A stretch of DNA of 64,000 nucleotides from a virus (lineage: Duplodnaviria > Caudoviricetes), in the IMG/VR virus record IMGVR_UViG_3300027740_000003, positions 224,001-288,000 of that record. The stretch is one strand, 5' to 3'. Both the position numbers and the translations under genes were made by a program. Positions 1-9,566 of this stretch are shown here, piece after piece (within the stretch, counting starts at the first letter, position 1; every line of letters begins with the position of its first letter). The notes beneath the pieces were generated by a model. The model did no database searches. It was not told the origin of the DNA and was given only the letters and a program-made list of their open reading frames with translations.

Positions 1-349
1 CCGAATAAACACAATCAGTTGTTATATGAATCAGTTTTGATCCATTGTTTTCACACCAGTTAGCTAAATCCCACGGAAACACGGCATTTAGATATCTTGC
101 AGCTCTTGGGTTGGTTGACATAAATGGTTTAATTGTTCCGATACAATTAATTACATAATCATAAATTCCAACTTCACCTCCAAGGCATAAAAAAGTGGGG
201 CCTTTTGCCGCATCAAACCAAATACGATTTGTACCAAACGCCACAGACTCATCTCTGTGGGTTAATGTAATATTATGTTTTGTTTGCAAGAAATGCTTGG
301 ATACAGCATTTCCTAACATTCCAGTGCTTCCTAAAATTAGTATTTTCAT
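1..349 (-). CDS. rmlD: RmlD-family SDR reductase (dTDP-4-dehydrorhamnose reductase-like), 3' end runs off the window
   Basis: Not in the ORF track. Manual translation from ATG at 349 (ATGA overlap with the upstream stop) gives MKILILGSTGMLGNAV...YDYVINCIGTIK...LNAVFPWDLANWC...KLIHITTDCVYSG, i.e. the GxxGxLG and HI(S/T)TDCV(F/Y)xG motifs of the RmlD family. Confidence 0.85.
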   Translation of the reverse strand, partial: MKILILGSTGMLGNAVSKHFLQTKHNITLTHRDESVAFGTNRIWFDAAKGPTFLCLGGEVGIYDYVINCIGTIKPFMSTNPRAARYLNAVFPWDLANWCENNGSKLIHITTDCVYS

Positions 350-801
350 CGGTAGTCTTCCTTCCAAACGTTTAATGTTTCGTAATCAAATCTATAATCA
401 TCTCCTTTGCTTTCCTCTAATGTTGAGGTAGAATAAAATGTAATTATCGTACCTTGTTCCAAAGATTTAAACCCATTGGCGTATCCACTTGGAATAAACA
501 AAACCTTGGGACTAGTATCTGATAATACAAATTTATTTACTTCGTTAGATAAACGATAGCCACTAGGAAACACTTCATCTTCTATTAATTTTGCAATGAC
601 AATCAAAGCAGATCCTTTGCCTACATAAACATATTTGCTCTCGCACAAATGTCCATGAAAAGCGCGGACATAATTAACCTGATGATCTTTCACATGATAA
701 ACACGTCTGACACCACACATATAAGGATCAAAATCATTTATGAATCTAATTGTTCCTCTATCGTCAGTAAAAAGGTTGCCTTGAATTATTTTAGGGTCCA
801 T
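346..801 (-). CDS. Cupin sugar epimerase/isomerase (RmlC / WxcM-FdtA-like)
   Basis: DDRG near the N-terminus, RVYHV...VRAFHGH cupin motif, LFIPSGYANGF; sits among NDP-sugar genes. Confidence 0.8.
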   Translation of the reverse strand: MDPKIIQGNLFTDDRGTIRFINDFDPYMCGVRRVYHVKDHQVNYVRAFHGHLCESKYVYVGKGSALIVIAKLIEDEVFPSGYRLSNEVNKFVLSDTSPKVLFIPSGYANGFKSLEQGTIITFYSTSTLEESKGDDYRFDYETLNVWKEDYR

Positions 802-803
802 TT

Positions 804-1748
804 TTAGAATTTTCCTTTGCCTAGCTTTGAAAGAAATGCAGCATTTGAATATACAGGATCATTCATATCCACTACTCTATTTTGCTCGAAGACTTCTTTC
901 AATTCTAATATTCCGTCCTCAATAGTATAAAGTGGTTTCCAACCAGTGTTGAGAATTTTAGAATTATCAACCCTATAATTTCTTAAATCTTCAAAACTCA
1001 TATTTTTAAATTCAACCTCTGTCCCTGGAATAATAGATTGTATCTTGGTGGCAATTTCATGAATTCTCATGTTGCTTTCAGATAGATTATATAATCCAGT
1101 TATGTTGTTTTTAAATCCATAAAGAAAAGCGTTGGCAACATCTTTTACATGAAGCAAAGGACGCCACTGGTCCCCACCAAAAACAGATAGCTTTTCCCCG
1201 GCCACAGCTTTCTTTGTAAGAACATTTACCACCAGGTCAAGCCTGAGCCTAGAGTAAGTATCAGAAAGCCCGTAGAGGGTTCCTAAACGGAACACAAGTG
1301 AGTTCTTGTGATTGGCCAGGATATATTGCTCAGCTAGTAGTTTTGTTGAAGCATATGCAGAAAGAGGATTAGGAGCCGCTGTTTCATCTATAAGATCGTT
1401 GTTAACACCATAACAGCTACAAGTGCTAGGGAAATTTATACCGCCACTGTAATTATCCACCAACCATTTAACTGCCTCAAAATTAATTTCATTAGTTAAC
1501 TCAACATTAACTTGGCAAGCACCGTCCCCAACAATTCCCGCCAACCAAATAACAGAATCATATTCTTTTAATACTTTGGAAAGCTTATCTCTATCCCGAA
1601 CGTCCCCATAAATATATTTAACCTCTTTAAGAAACCTAGTTTCATAAAGCAAATTATCATAAATAGCAACATCATAACCATTTTTAATAAACAGATCGGT
1701 TAGATAGCCTCCAACATAACCGGCACCACCTACAATCAATACTTTCAT
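804..1748 (-). CDS. NAD-dependent epimerase/dehydratase (extended SDR)
   Basis: GGAGYVGG Rossmann motif, catalytic YASTK (YxxxK), WRPLLHVKDVA. Confidence 0.9.
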   Translation of the reverse strand: MKVLIVGGAGYVGGYLTDLFIKNGYDVAIYDNLLYETRFLKEVKYIYGDVRDRDKLSKVLKEYDSVIWLAGIVGDGACQVNVELTNEINFEAVKWLVDNYSGGINFPSTCSCYGVNNDLIDETAAPNPLSAYASTKLLAEQYILANHKNSLVFRLGTLYGLSDTYSRLRLDLVVNVLTKKAVAGEKLSVFGGDQWRPLLHVKDVANAFLYGFKNNITGLYNLSESNMRIHEIATKIQSIIPGTEVEFKNMSFEDLRNYRVDNSKILNTGWKPLYTIEDGILELKEVFEQNRVVDMNDPVYSNAAFLSKLGKGKF

Positions 1749-2831
1749 TTAATACCTCTTAAGTTGATTACTTAGCAAAAAATTAATAACTTTATCGGAA
1801 ACATTATCTTCTTTATATCCAATTGGGAATTTCCAATCTTTAGATGACGACAATGCTCTATCAAAACAATTTAATATATCACTTGTTTCCAATCCTGAAA
1901 CAATATTACTTCCACATTCTACAGTTTCTGGTCTTTCTGTGGAATCTCTAATGGTGACGGCTGGAGTATGAAATAAACAGCATTCTTCTTGGACCGTTCC
2001 AGAATCTGACACAACACACTTGGCCCAAGATTCCAATTTGATAAAATCAAAAAACCTCATTGGTTCCAACACAATAATTCTATCGTCAAATGTAAAATCG
2101 AATTTTCTTAATTTATTTCTAGTTCTAGGATGACAAGACACCACTACAGTAAACTTTTTTGATATTTGTTCCAAAGCTGTTTTTATATTAAATAGTCTTT
2201 TTGAATCATCTACATTTTCTTCTCTATGAGCCGTCACCAAAACGATATCTTTGCCTTGTATCCCTAGGTTTTTTATAATACTTGATTTAGACCATTTGTC
2301 TTGGTAAAAAGTAATCACCTCATTAATAGGATTCCCTGTTTCAAAAATACAATGTTTTTGTATGCCGTCTCGTAAAAGATTTTCTCTACTACCTGGAGTA
2401 TATGGAAGATTAAACGAAGAGGCTTGATCGATAATACGTCTATTAACTTCTTCTGGAACCTTCATGTCAAAGCATCTATTGCCAGCTTCCATATGGTATA
2501 CTGGATACCCAAGTCTTTCTACAATAATTGCACAAAGAGAAGTGTTAGTATCTCCAAGAATTAAGACTTTGTCTGGTTTATATTTATTTAAAGCAGATTC
2601 AATACCAATAAATATTTTAGCAAGTTGTTGACCTACTGTGTCTGATTTTGAATCAATAAAGAAATCAGGTTGGCGTAGCTGTAAATCTTCAAAGAAAACA
2701 CCATTAAGATTATTATCATAGTTCTGTCCTGTATGAATAACAATATGTTCGCAACATTTATCTAGTTTTGGAATTATTCTAGATAAACGAATTATTTCAG
2801 GACGAGTTCCAAGTATTGTTAATATTTTCAT
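1749..2831 (-). CDS. wecB: UDP-N-acetylhexosamine 2-epimerase (non-hydrolysing), Cap5G/WbjD/FnlC-like subfamily
   Basis: GTRPEIIR, HTGQNYD, LGDTNT, HMEAGNRCFD..VPEE.NR, SDSGTVQEE, RDSTERPE. Confidence 0.92.
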   Translation of the reverse strand: MKILTILGTRPEIIRLSRIIPKLDKCCEHIVIHTGQNYDNNLNGVFFEDLQLRQPDFFIDSKSDTVGQQLAKIFIGIESALNKYKPDKVLILGDTNTSLCAIIVERLGYPVYHMEAGNRCFDMKVPEEVNRRIIDQASSFNLPYTPGSRENLLRDGIQKHCIFETGNPINEVITFYQDKWSKSSIIKNLGIQGKDIVLVTAHREENVDDSKRLFNIKTALEQISKKFTVVVSCHPRTRNKLRKFDFTFDDRIIVLEPMRFFDFIKLESWAKCVVSDSGTVQEECCLFHTPAVTIRDSTERPETVECGSNIVSGLETSDILNCFDRALSSSKDWKFPIGYKEDNVSDKVINFLLSNQLKRY

Positions 2832-3422
2832 TTATTTGCTAGCCTTACAAAATTCCAATTAAATTGATAATCAGAATTCCTCCATTTAATTGAAGGGATG
2901 TCATTTTTTATTATTTTTTTATTTGTACATAAAACAATTTTTTTCCATACGTTCTTTTGAATAAAAGAATTGTTCTCCGTTATTAAAATCATCAACCATA
3001 ACTTTTGTTAAAATACAATCATAATCTATTGTTGAAAATTGAAAAGAAGCAATTCCGATATCTGTTAAATTAATATCATTAAATAATCTTGTTATTTCAT
3101 CCACATGATTATGCTGAAGTACCAAATTGCATAAAACCAAATCTACCGGTTCAATTTCTTTTAATTGATATGACATATATGTTTTAGAAGCCCCTTGTTC
3201 TTTAGCTTCTTCTAATAGAATTTTTGACACATCAACAGCATACACAGTATTGCTTTTACATAGATTTTTTACCTCATCGCTTCTACCCACCCCTAAAACA
3301 ATTATTTTTTTATCAGTTGGAAAGTCTAGCTGATGAAAAGATAATGTTTCTAATAATGATTGAGAGCTTATATATCTATTATTTTTGCCAGCATACTCAT
3401 TCCATTTTTCGTAAATATCCAT
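2828..3422 (-). CDS. Class I SAM-dependent methyltransferase, apparently frameshifted near the 3' end
   Basis: IIVLGVGRS (motif I), VYAVDVS (motif II), VDLVLCNLVLQH. The annotated frame stops at 2919; removing one A from the A7 run (T7 at 2938-2944) extends it to a TGA overlapping the next ATG at 2828-2831. Confidence 0.7.
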
Positions 3423-3431
3423 TATATCTCC

Positions 3432-3869
3432 TTATGCTCTTTTTCTCATAATAAGTCTTAACATATCACAATGTGGAACTGAGCTTCTGCTTTCACTTTC
3501 CAATGTAAAAGCTATTTTTGGACCAAAATAATAATCATCTTTTCCTCCACGAAAAATAATTTCAAATGATACCTTTTCTAAAAATGATTTATGATCTATT
3601 TCGTATGTTATACCAACTGGAAACAACAGATCTAGCATTCCATTGTTGGAAAGTTTATTATAACATTCAGATAAAAATTGTATAATTTCATCTTTAGTAA
3701 GGTGTTCTATAAAATGCCAAGCCCTAATTTCATCTAATTTATCGAAAGGCAGTCCATTTCTTACATCTAAAACCAAATCAGGTTCCCAAATTGGGTTTTT
3801 ATCTATATTAACAAACCCATCATATTTATAGGGGCCACAACCAACATTTATTTTTTTAACATTACTCAT
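3432..3869 (-). CDS. Small SAM-dependent methyltransferase (Methyltransf_11-like, glycan-cluster type)
   Basis: INVGCG, FVNIDK...PDLVLDV..GLPF, HFIEHL. Confidence 0.8.
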   Translation of the reverse strand: MSNVKKINVGCGPYKYDGFVNIDKNPIWEPDLVLDVRNGLPFDKLDEIRAWHFIEHLTKDEIIQFLSECYNKLSNNGMLDLLFPVGITYEIDHKSFLEKVSFEIIFRGGKDDYYFGPKIAFTLESESRSSVPHCDMLRLIMRKRA

Positions 3870-4614
3870 CCATTTCTCCTTCCTTAAAATGATAAACCAA
3901 ACTATCTAATGCAGTAATATGAGAAACCCCAATCTCTTCTAATTTCTTTCCCGTATAAACATCACCATAATCTATAACTTCTTCAAATGTGTTTCCAGCA
4001 AGATTTCCTTCAGGATACATTCCTACTTTTAACATAATGTCTTTATAAATTGCACAAGGCATATAAGCCCCACCTCCCTTTATTTGATTTAAAAGAATAT
4101 TAGATTTTGCAAATTCTTCAAACCCGGCTTTATTAAATGAAGCAGGAGATGCTCCGAAATTTTTAACGATGCAGCCCGGAAAAGCTATTCCGTGGCGGGG
4201 ATGAATTCTTTCTACCAACTGTGAACATACAAATTTGGTTTTATCTAAATGTTTTAGTAAATTTTCTAACCAATTATCTGAGAACATCATATCAGAATTT
4301 ACCAAAACAACAATTTCTCCCTGTGATAACTCTATTGCTTTGTTCCATGCACAATAAACGCCATGTAAATAATTAGGCCAACCTATCCCCATAGCAAATA
4401 ATTCTTCATTTGTTTTTTTTTCATTTGTATGAATGTAATGTTTATAATTTTTCTCTTTAAGATGATTTAAAACTTTATCAGTGGCATCGTTTGCTATAAA
4501 GAAGAATTCCGTATCATTATTCTGTAATAATGGAGTGTGTTCATACAAAGAATTATAAACCGCATCAGCAAAAACGGTTGATTTATATATTAATGATGCT
4601 ATTGAAATTTTCAT
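3862..4614 (-). CDS. GT2-family (GT-A) glycosyltransferase
   Basis: MKISIASL start (ATG 4614, ATGA overlap), WNKAIELSQGEIVVLVNSDMMF, late VYH motif. Confidence 0.75.
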   Translation of the reverse strand: MKISIASLIYKSTVFADAVYNSLYEHTPLLQNNDTEFFFIANDATDKVLNHLKEKNYKHYIHTNEKKTNEELFAMGIGWPNYLHGVYCAWNKAIELSQGEIVVLVNSDMMFSDNWLENLLKHLDKTKFVCSQLVERIHPRHGIAFPGCIVKNFGASPASFNKAGFEEFAKSNILLNQIKGGGAYMPCAIYKDIMLKVGMYPEGNLAGNTFEEVIDYGDVYTGKKLEEIGVSHITALDSLVYHFKEGEMDE

Positions 4615-5435
4615 TGTATACCTATATATCTCTTCCAAAGATTTATTGAAGACTTTCTGTCCCAGTTTAGTTTAAATATATCGTCTCGTGTATTCAATGA
4701 TGGAACAAAATCTTTTTTAATTCCATCTAATATAACCATCGGCAAATTACAAGCCATAGCTTCCCATTCAACCATAAAAAATGGTCTAAGTAGTCCACAA
4801 GATAAAAAGAAATCTGAACAAGCTAATAATTCAGATAGTTGCAACTGAGATACATGAGTAAAATTAGAAGCTCCATCTAAATGTCCAGCCTCTTCTTGTT
4901 GTTTCCAAACCACAATCCAATATATATCAGGATTATCATTTTTATATTGTAATAATTTATTATATCCTTTCATTGGGTGCGTTGTTCCACACCAAATCCC
5001 AATTTTTTTATCAACTGGCAAATTGTATTTTGTTTTTATTTCTAATTTATTATCAATTGGTTTGAACAAATCAGTATCTACGCCTATTGGCAAAACATCA
5101 ATTGTACCAAAGTCTTTATAAAATTCTATCATTATGCTACTAGCTACAGTTCTTTTAATTGATTTTCTAGCACTATCTGCAATGATATTTATAATAGGAT
5201 CTATGGCAGGATCTCCTAAAGCGCGTTTCATTTCAGGATGAAGTTCCCATAATAACGATATTGTATTGTTTGGGAATTTATTTGCTCCCAAAGTAGAATA
5301 TTGCAAAATAATATCATTTGATTTAATACTAGCAGGCAATCCAAAAGATGAAACGTCTCCCATTTCCCTTTTCATCCATGTCCAAAAAGTATCTTCTCCT
5401 AATCCCGAAATCACTTGAGCATTTAAATATAACAT
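4611..5435 (-). CDS. GT4-like (GT-B) glycosyltransferase
   Basis: LPIGVDTDLFKP, HPMKGY, LSELLACSDFFL, EWEAMACNLPMV. Probable start ATG 5435 (TAATG overlap). Confidence 0.75.
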   Translation of the reverse strand: MLYLNAQVISGLGEDTFWTWMKREMGDVSSFGLPASIKSNDIILQYSTLGANKFPNNTISLLWELHPEMKRALGDPAIDPIINIIADSARKSIKRTVASSIMIEFYKDFGTIDVLPIGVDTDLFKPIDNKLEIKTKYNLPVDKKIGIWCGTTHPMKGYNKLLQYKNDNPDIYWIVVWKQQEEAGHLDGASNFTHVSQLQLSELLACSDFFLSCGLLRPFFMVEWEAMACNLPMVILDGIKKDFVPSLNTRDDIFKLNWDRKSSINLWKRYIGIQ

Positions 5436-6187
5436 TATATTAATTCTCCCCAATTTTTATCAACATTTCTTTTTATAATGCTTTTTCTAGACATAAATAA
5501 TTTTTCATTATATTTATATCTTTCAGCATTATTACCTTCTAAAGTTAATCTTGGATGATACAAATGAACAACTTTGCAATTTACTTTAAAGTGTTTATTA
5601 CCAACGCTACACATTCTCTCTACAATATCATTATCATCATATCCTGTTCCAATAAAATCCTCATCATATCCACCTATATCTACAAAATCTTTCCTATTCA
5701 TTCCCATAAAAAAAGGCAAATGCATATTATATAATGTTTGCAAGGAATTATAATCAGTAGATATTAGCTCTCTACCAGTACGTAATATTCGTAAAAACCT
5801 TCCTATTTCATCATCTTTAATATCAGGTATAGTTAATAGTTTTTTATTAACATTTAATATGTTCAACATGTCCTGTACAGTATTATCCAAATGATACATT
5901 TCAGCACATGAAATAAATATAAAATCACTATCTGTTCTCTTTACCCCATAATTTACAGCGTATCCTGGAATTCTCCATTGTGTAGAATTTTTACCAGTAT
6001 GAAAATATTTTATATTTAATTTATTTTCATAAGACATACATATATTTTCAGTATCATCATTTCCCCCATCATTTAAAACCACTACCTCTATTTCAGATTG
6101 TGAAAAAGATTGTTTGGCCAATGAGGCCAATCCATAATTTAATAGTTCGGATCTGTTAAAAGATGTAATTAATATTGTTGCTTTCAT
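5435..6187 (-). CDS. GT2 / GT7-C glycosyltransferase
   Basis: TILITSFNR, EVVVLNDGG, IGGYDEDFIGTGYDDNDI, VVHLYH. The DxD position reads CAE. Confidence 0.85.
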   Translation of the reverse strand: MKATILITSFNRSELLNYGLASLAKQSFSQSEIEVVVLNDGGNDDTENICMSYENKLNIKYFHTGKNSTQWRIPGYAVNYGVKRTDSDFIFISCAEMYHLDNTVQDMLNILNVNKKLLTIPDIKDDEIGRFLRILRTGRELISTDYNSLQTLYNMHLPFFMGMNRKDFVDIGGYDEDFIGTGYDDNDIVERMCSVGNKHFKVNCKVVHLYHPRLTLEGNNAERYKYNEKLFMSRKSIIKRNVDKNWGELI

Positions 6188-6792
6188 TAGTATTGTTTCC
6201 CCAGAACCGCATCATAATAATAAATAACCTTATCAATCCGCACTTGATGTTTTATTTTTGGCCAAGCTTGTTTTACCCAAGCAAAATCCTCACCAGTATT
6301 GGTTTGTGGAAAAATACAAGTTTTTGCAATTCTTGATGCCCAAACCATATTGTGAGACGGTTTTCCATACCACAATTCTGGAATTTCATTTTTAACACTG
6401 CAATTTTCTATTGTCCATGGTGCCAATTTGGTATAATCATATTCTATGCCAAATTTGGAATGTATTTTTCTACAGCCACTAATTACACAAATCATATCAT
6501 AAACAATACAATCAGCATTAGGATTGCAATCTATAGCATTTAATATCTCAAATAGAAAGTCCTCGGAAATCCTATCATCATCATCTACAAATACAATAAA
6601 ACTTCCGGAGGCCATATTTAATAATATATTTCTTTTTTCACCTATTGTTTTTTTATAATTGTCTAACAAACCCAAAACCTCAACATCGTTCCTGTTATTT
6701 TTTATAATTTGATTATTTATATTTTCTATCATATTAGTAAAAAACCGCTCGCATCTTTTTGTTGTAGTTGGAACTAATATACTAAGTTTCAT
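6187..6792 (-). CDS. GT2-family glycosyltransferase
   Basis: LSILVPT, IGEKRNILL..ASGSFIVFVDDDDRI, GEDFAW. Confidence 0.85.
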   Translation of the reverse strand: MKLSILVPTTTKRCERFFTNMIENINNQIIKNNRNDVEVLGLLDNYKKTIGEKRNILLNMASGSFIVFVDDDDRISEDFLFEILNAIDCNPNADCIVYDMICVISGCRKIHSKFGIEYDYTKLAPWTIENCSVKNEIPELWYGKPSHNMVWASRIAKTCIFPQTNTGEDFAWVKQAWPKIKHQVRIDKVIYYYDAVLGKQY

Positions 6793-9566
6793 TTTGCACC
6801 AATATATTTTACTACCTTTCCAATAAAGGTAGTTTTATCTCCGTTTAATGTTGTTATTGTATTTTCTAAATTTGCTGTTTTTGGATGCCCTCCATACCAA
6901 TGAAATCCAATAGCATTATAATAATCCTCTACATTTAAATTATAATTAAGAAAGAAATCAATATTCTGTATCGAATATACGGTCTGTACATTTATATGTA
7001 ATGCATTTTCATTTCTTGTAAACAATTTATTTCCCATACTTTGATAATCTTTTGCTTTAAATTTTTTTATTGCTAAGTTTGATATTTTTTTATAAAAATC
7101 ATTATTTTGACTAGACATCAAAAATCCTATGGCATAAATTCCATCATCATAACAACAAACGCCAGTATGTGTTTTATTATTTAAATCATTATTATCAATC
7201 ATATAATTTATAGGTTGAACATAAAGAATATCCATATCTGACCAAACGCCACCTTCCCCTGATAATAAAATCCATCTCAAAAAATCAGACTTATGTACTT
7301 CATGGGCAGTATTGGAAAATCCATATTTATCAAAATTATGTTTAACAAATTCTACATTTAAATCATGTATTAAATCAAAACAATTACTAACATTATTTTG
7401 AATTGATTTAGATATTTTTTGTTCAAGCGTTTTCCAAGTAGGAACAATTGTTCCTAAAACTTCAGGAATATGTAATTTTATTTTCCAATCCGGATTTTGT
7501 TTTCTAAAAGAATATATACTTAAATATCTTAAAAAAGATAATTTTTCTCCTCCCCAGTAAAAATGGGCTACTTTAGGTATATTTTCAAACTTCCATTCAT
7601 TAGACCTATTTATAATAGCAACATTTCCCCAGCCTTTATTATTTCTAACTATAATATTCTCTCTTTCTTTATATAGTTTTCTATTATAATCTACTCTTTG
7701 TTGAACATATTGATTTTCTATTTTAAGAGTTTTTCCATTTATTAATAATCTTTCATGATATAAATGTATTATTCTGTCATTCGTGTAATGATATTTACAG
7801 CCATATTTTTTTAATCTTTCAGACAAATCGTTATCATCTGCAACAAGTCCAATAAAATCTTCATCATATCCACCAATATCAATAAAATATTGTCTATTTA
7901 AACCTAGAAAATATGGCAGCTGCATTGTTGCTGGATCATTCTCCATTATTTTTTCTTTATTAAAATCATTTTCAATATTTATAGATCCATCTTTCAATTT
8001 ATTTAGAAAGTTTCCAGAACCTTCTTTTCCAACACATGTGGTTATAATTTTCTCATTATTATTTTCTAAAACATTTAACATCGAAGATATAGTATTATCT
8101 AAATGATATATTTCTGCACATGAAATAAATATAAATTTTCCTTTAGCTATTTTGACACCAATGTTTATAGCATATCCGGGAATTCTCGAAACAATACTAT
8201 TTAAATTTCTCTGACCAGTAAAAATATATTTTATATCCAAATCAGTAAATTCTGAACATATTCTCTCAGTATCATCAGGAAGATAATCATTGATAACTAT
8301 TATTTCTACATCGTTTTTATTAAAATCCTGTTTTGCAATTGAAGACAATCCAAACTTTAACAATTCCGATCTGTTGTAGGTACTAATTAAAATTGATGCT
8401 TTTTTACATTCCGTATTGTTATTTACAAACAATGGCACAACAACTTTCCAAGGCAAATTAATATCGAAATTTTGTGTGGTTATAGGTTGTAATGTGTTTT
8501 CATGTATATTATAATTAGAACTACTTGTTTTTACTATTTTTATATTATTTATTACCAAACTTCCAGTAGACATCTTTGCCGGCCGATAAACATTTAATAT
8601 ATACGTCTCCCCATATCCTTTATTTCCAGAATATATATCAACATTTATATTATTATTTCCTACTATGTTTTGATATACTACGCCTACATTATTTAATAAT
8701 TGTACTCCTAACCTTCCATTTCCATTAATAACTCTAGATGAAAGAGAAATATTATATGTTGTGTTTGGTTCTAATAATGCCAACGGGATAGAAAACTTTC
8801 CCATACTAGACATCACTATTCCCCCGGATACTTTATTACACTTTTCTAACGAAGAAGCTAAAGTATCAACGGAAGCATCAATGATTATATTACTCATAGT
8901 TCTCTCTTCATTAACTAACTCACAGACCGTATGTTTTTGTATTGCTTGTTCTTCTTTAACAGCTTGTATCTTTGATGCAACAACAATATCATTTGGAACA
9001 TGATTCTCTATAACAGCGCTGGTGTTCATCGTAATATCAAAAATTCTACATTGATAAATAAATACTATCTTTCCATTCTTCCTAATCCACCCATTAGGAG
9101 GATCTGTCTGCAAATCTAAAATGTCAGCTTCATTATCTATCTCTGCTGCCTCTGAAGCAAATACACCAAAATCTGTTTTGTTTATCCCCGAAGACTTTCC
9201 AATTTTACGCAAAAATAAATCCATATCGTTAGATATAAACGTGGGAATCTCAACAGGCTCACTCACAATAATATCTTCAACAAATAATTTAGAAACAAGA
9301 ATATGTCCCGTTGCTCCACGAGGCCTAGAAATAACTACATCACTGGCCGTCTTTATTAGTGTTGGTTTTGTAGGATTTAATACATGAGTCGCCCCGTTTA
9401 CAATAATGTTTACATCAGATCCTCGGACTCGAAAAAATTCAACAAATCCTTCACGGGGCAATAAAAACCTTACAGAGCTTCTTTCTCCATTTAATCGTAA
9501 ACTGGCACCAACTTTACAACAATATTGCTGAGAAATTATCACACTGTGTAGGTCTAACTGCTTCAC
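6789..9566 (-). CDS. Multidomain glycosyltransferase: N-terminal beta-sandwich-like repeats + GT2/GT7-C + GT32 (DxD) domain
   Basis: GTG start. Central ASILISTYNR...IGGYDEDF...HLYH; C-terminal IPKVAHFYW...SDFLRWILLSGEGGVWSDMDI (GT32 consensus SDxxRxxxLxxxGGxYxDxD). Confidence 0.85.
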   Translation of the reverse strand: MKQLDLHSVIISQQYCCKVGASLRLNGERSSVRFLLPREGFVEFFRVRGSDVNIIVNGATHVLNPTKPTLIKTASDVVISRPRGATGHILVSKLFVEDIIVSEPVEIPTFISNDMDLFLRKIGKSSGINKTDFGVFASEAAEIDNEADILDLQTDPPNGWIRKNGKIVFIYQCRIFDITMNTSAVIENHVPNDIVVASKIQAVKEEQAIQKHTVCELVNEERTMSNIIIDASVDTLASSLEKCNKVSGGIVMSSMGKFSIPLALLEPNTTYNISLSSRVINGNGRLGVQLLNNVGVVYQNIVGNNNINVDIYSGNKGYGETYILNVYRPAKMSTGSLVINNIKIVKTSSSNYNIHENTLQPITTQNFDINLPWKVVVPLFVNNNTECKKASILISTYNRSELLKFGLSSIAKQDFNKNDVEIIVINDYLPDDTERICSEFTDLDIKYIFTGQRNLNSIVSRIPGYAINIGVKIAKGKFIFISCAEIYHLDNTISSMLNVLENNNEKIITTCVGKEGSGNFLNKLKDGSINIENDFNKEKIMENDPATMQLPYFLGLNRQYFIDIGGYDEDFIGLVADDNDLSERLKKYGCKYHYTNDRIIHLYHERLLINGKTLKIENQYVQQRVDYNRKLYKERENIIVRNNKGWGNVAIINRSNEWKFENIPKVAHFYWGGEKLSFLRYLSIYSFRKQNPDWKIKLHIPEVLGTIVPTWKTLEQKISKSIQNNVSNCFDLIHDLNVEFVKHNFDKYGFSNTAHEVHKSDFLRWILLSGEGGVWSDMDILYVQPINYMIDNNDLNNKTHTGVCCYDDGIYAIGFLMSSQNNDFYKKISNLAIKKFKAKDYQSMGNKLFTRNENALHINVQTVYSIQNIDFFLNYNLNVEDYYNAIGFHWYGGHPKTANLENTITTLNGDKTTFIGKVVKYIGAK

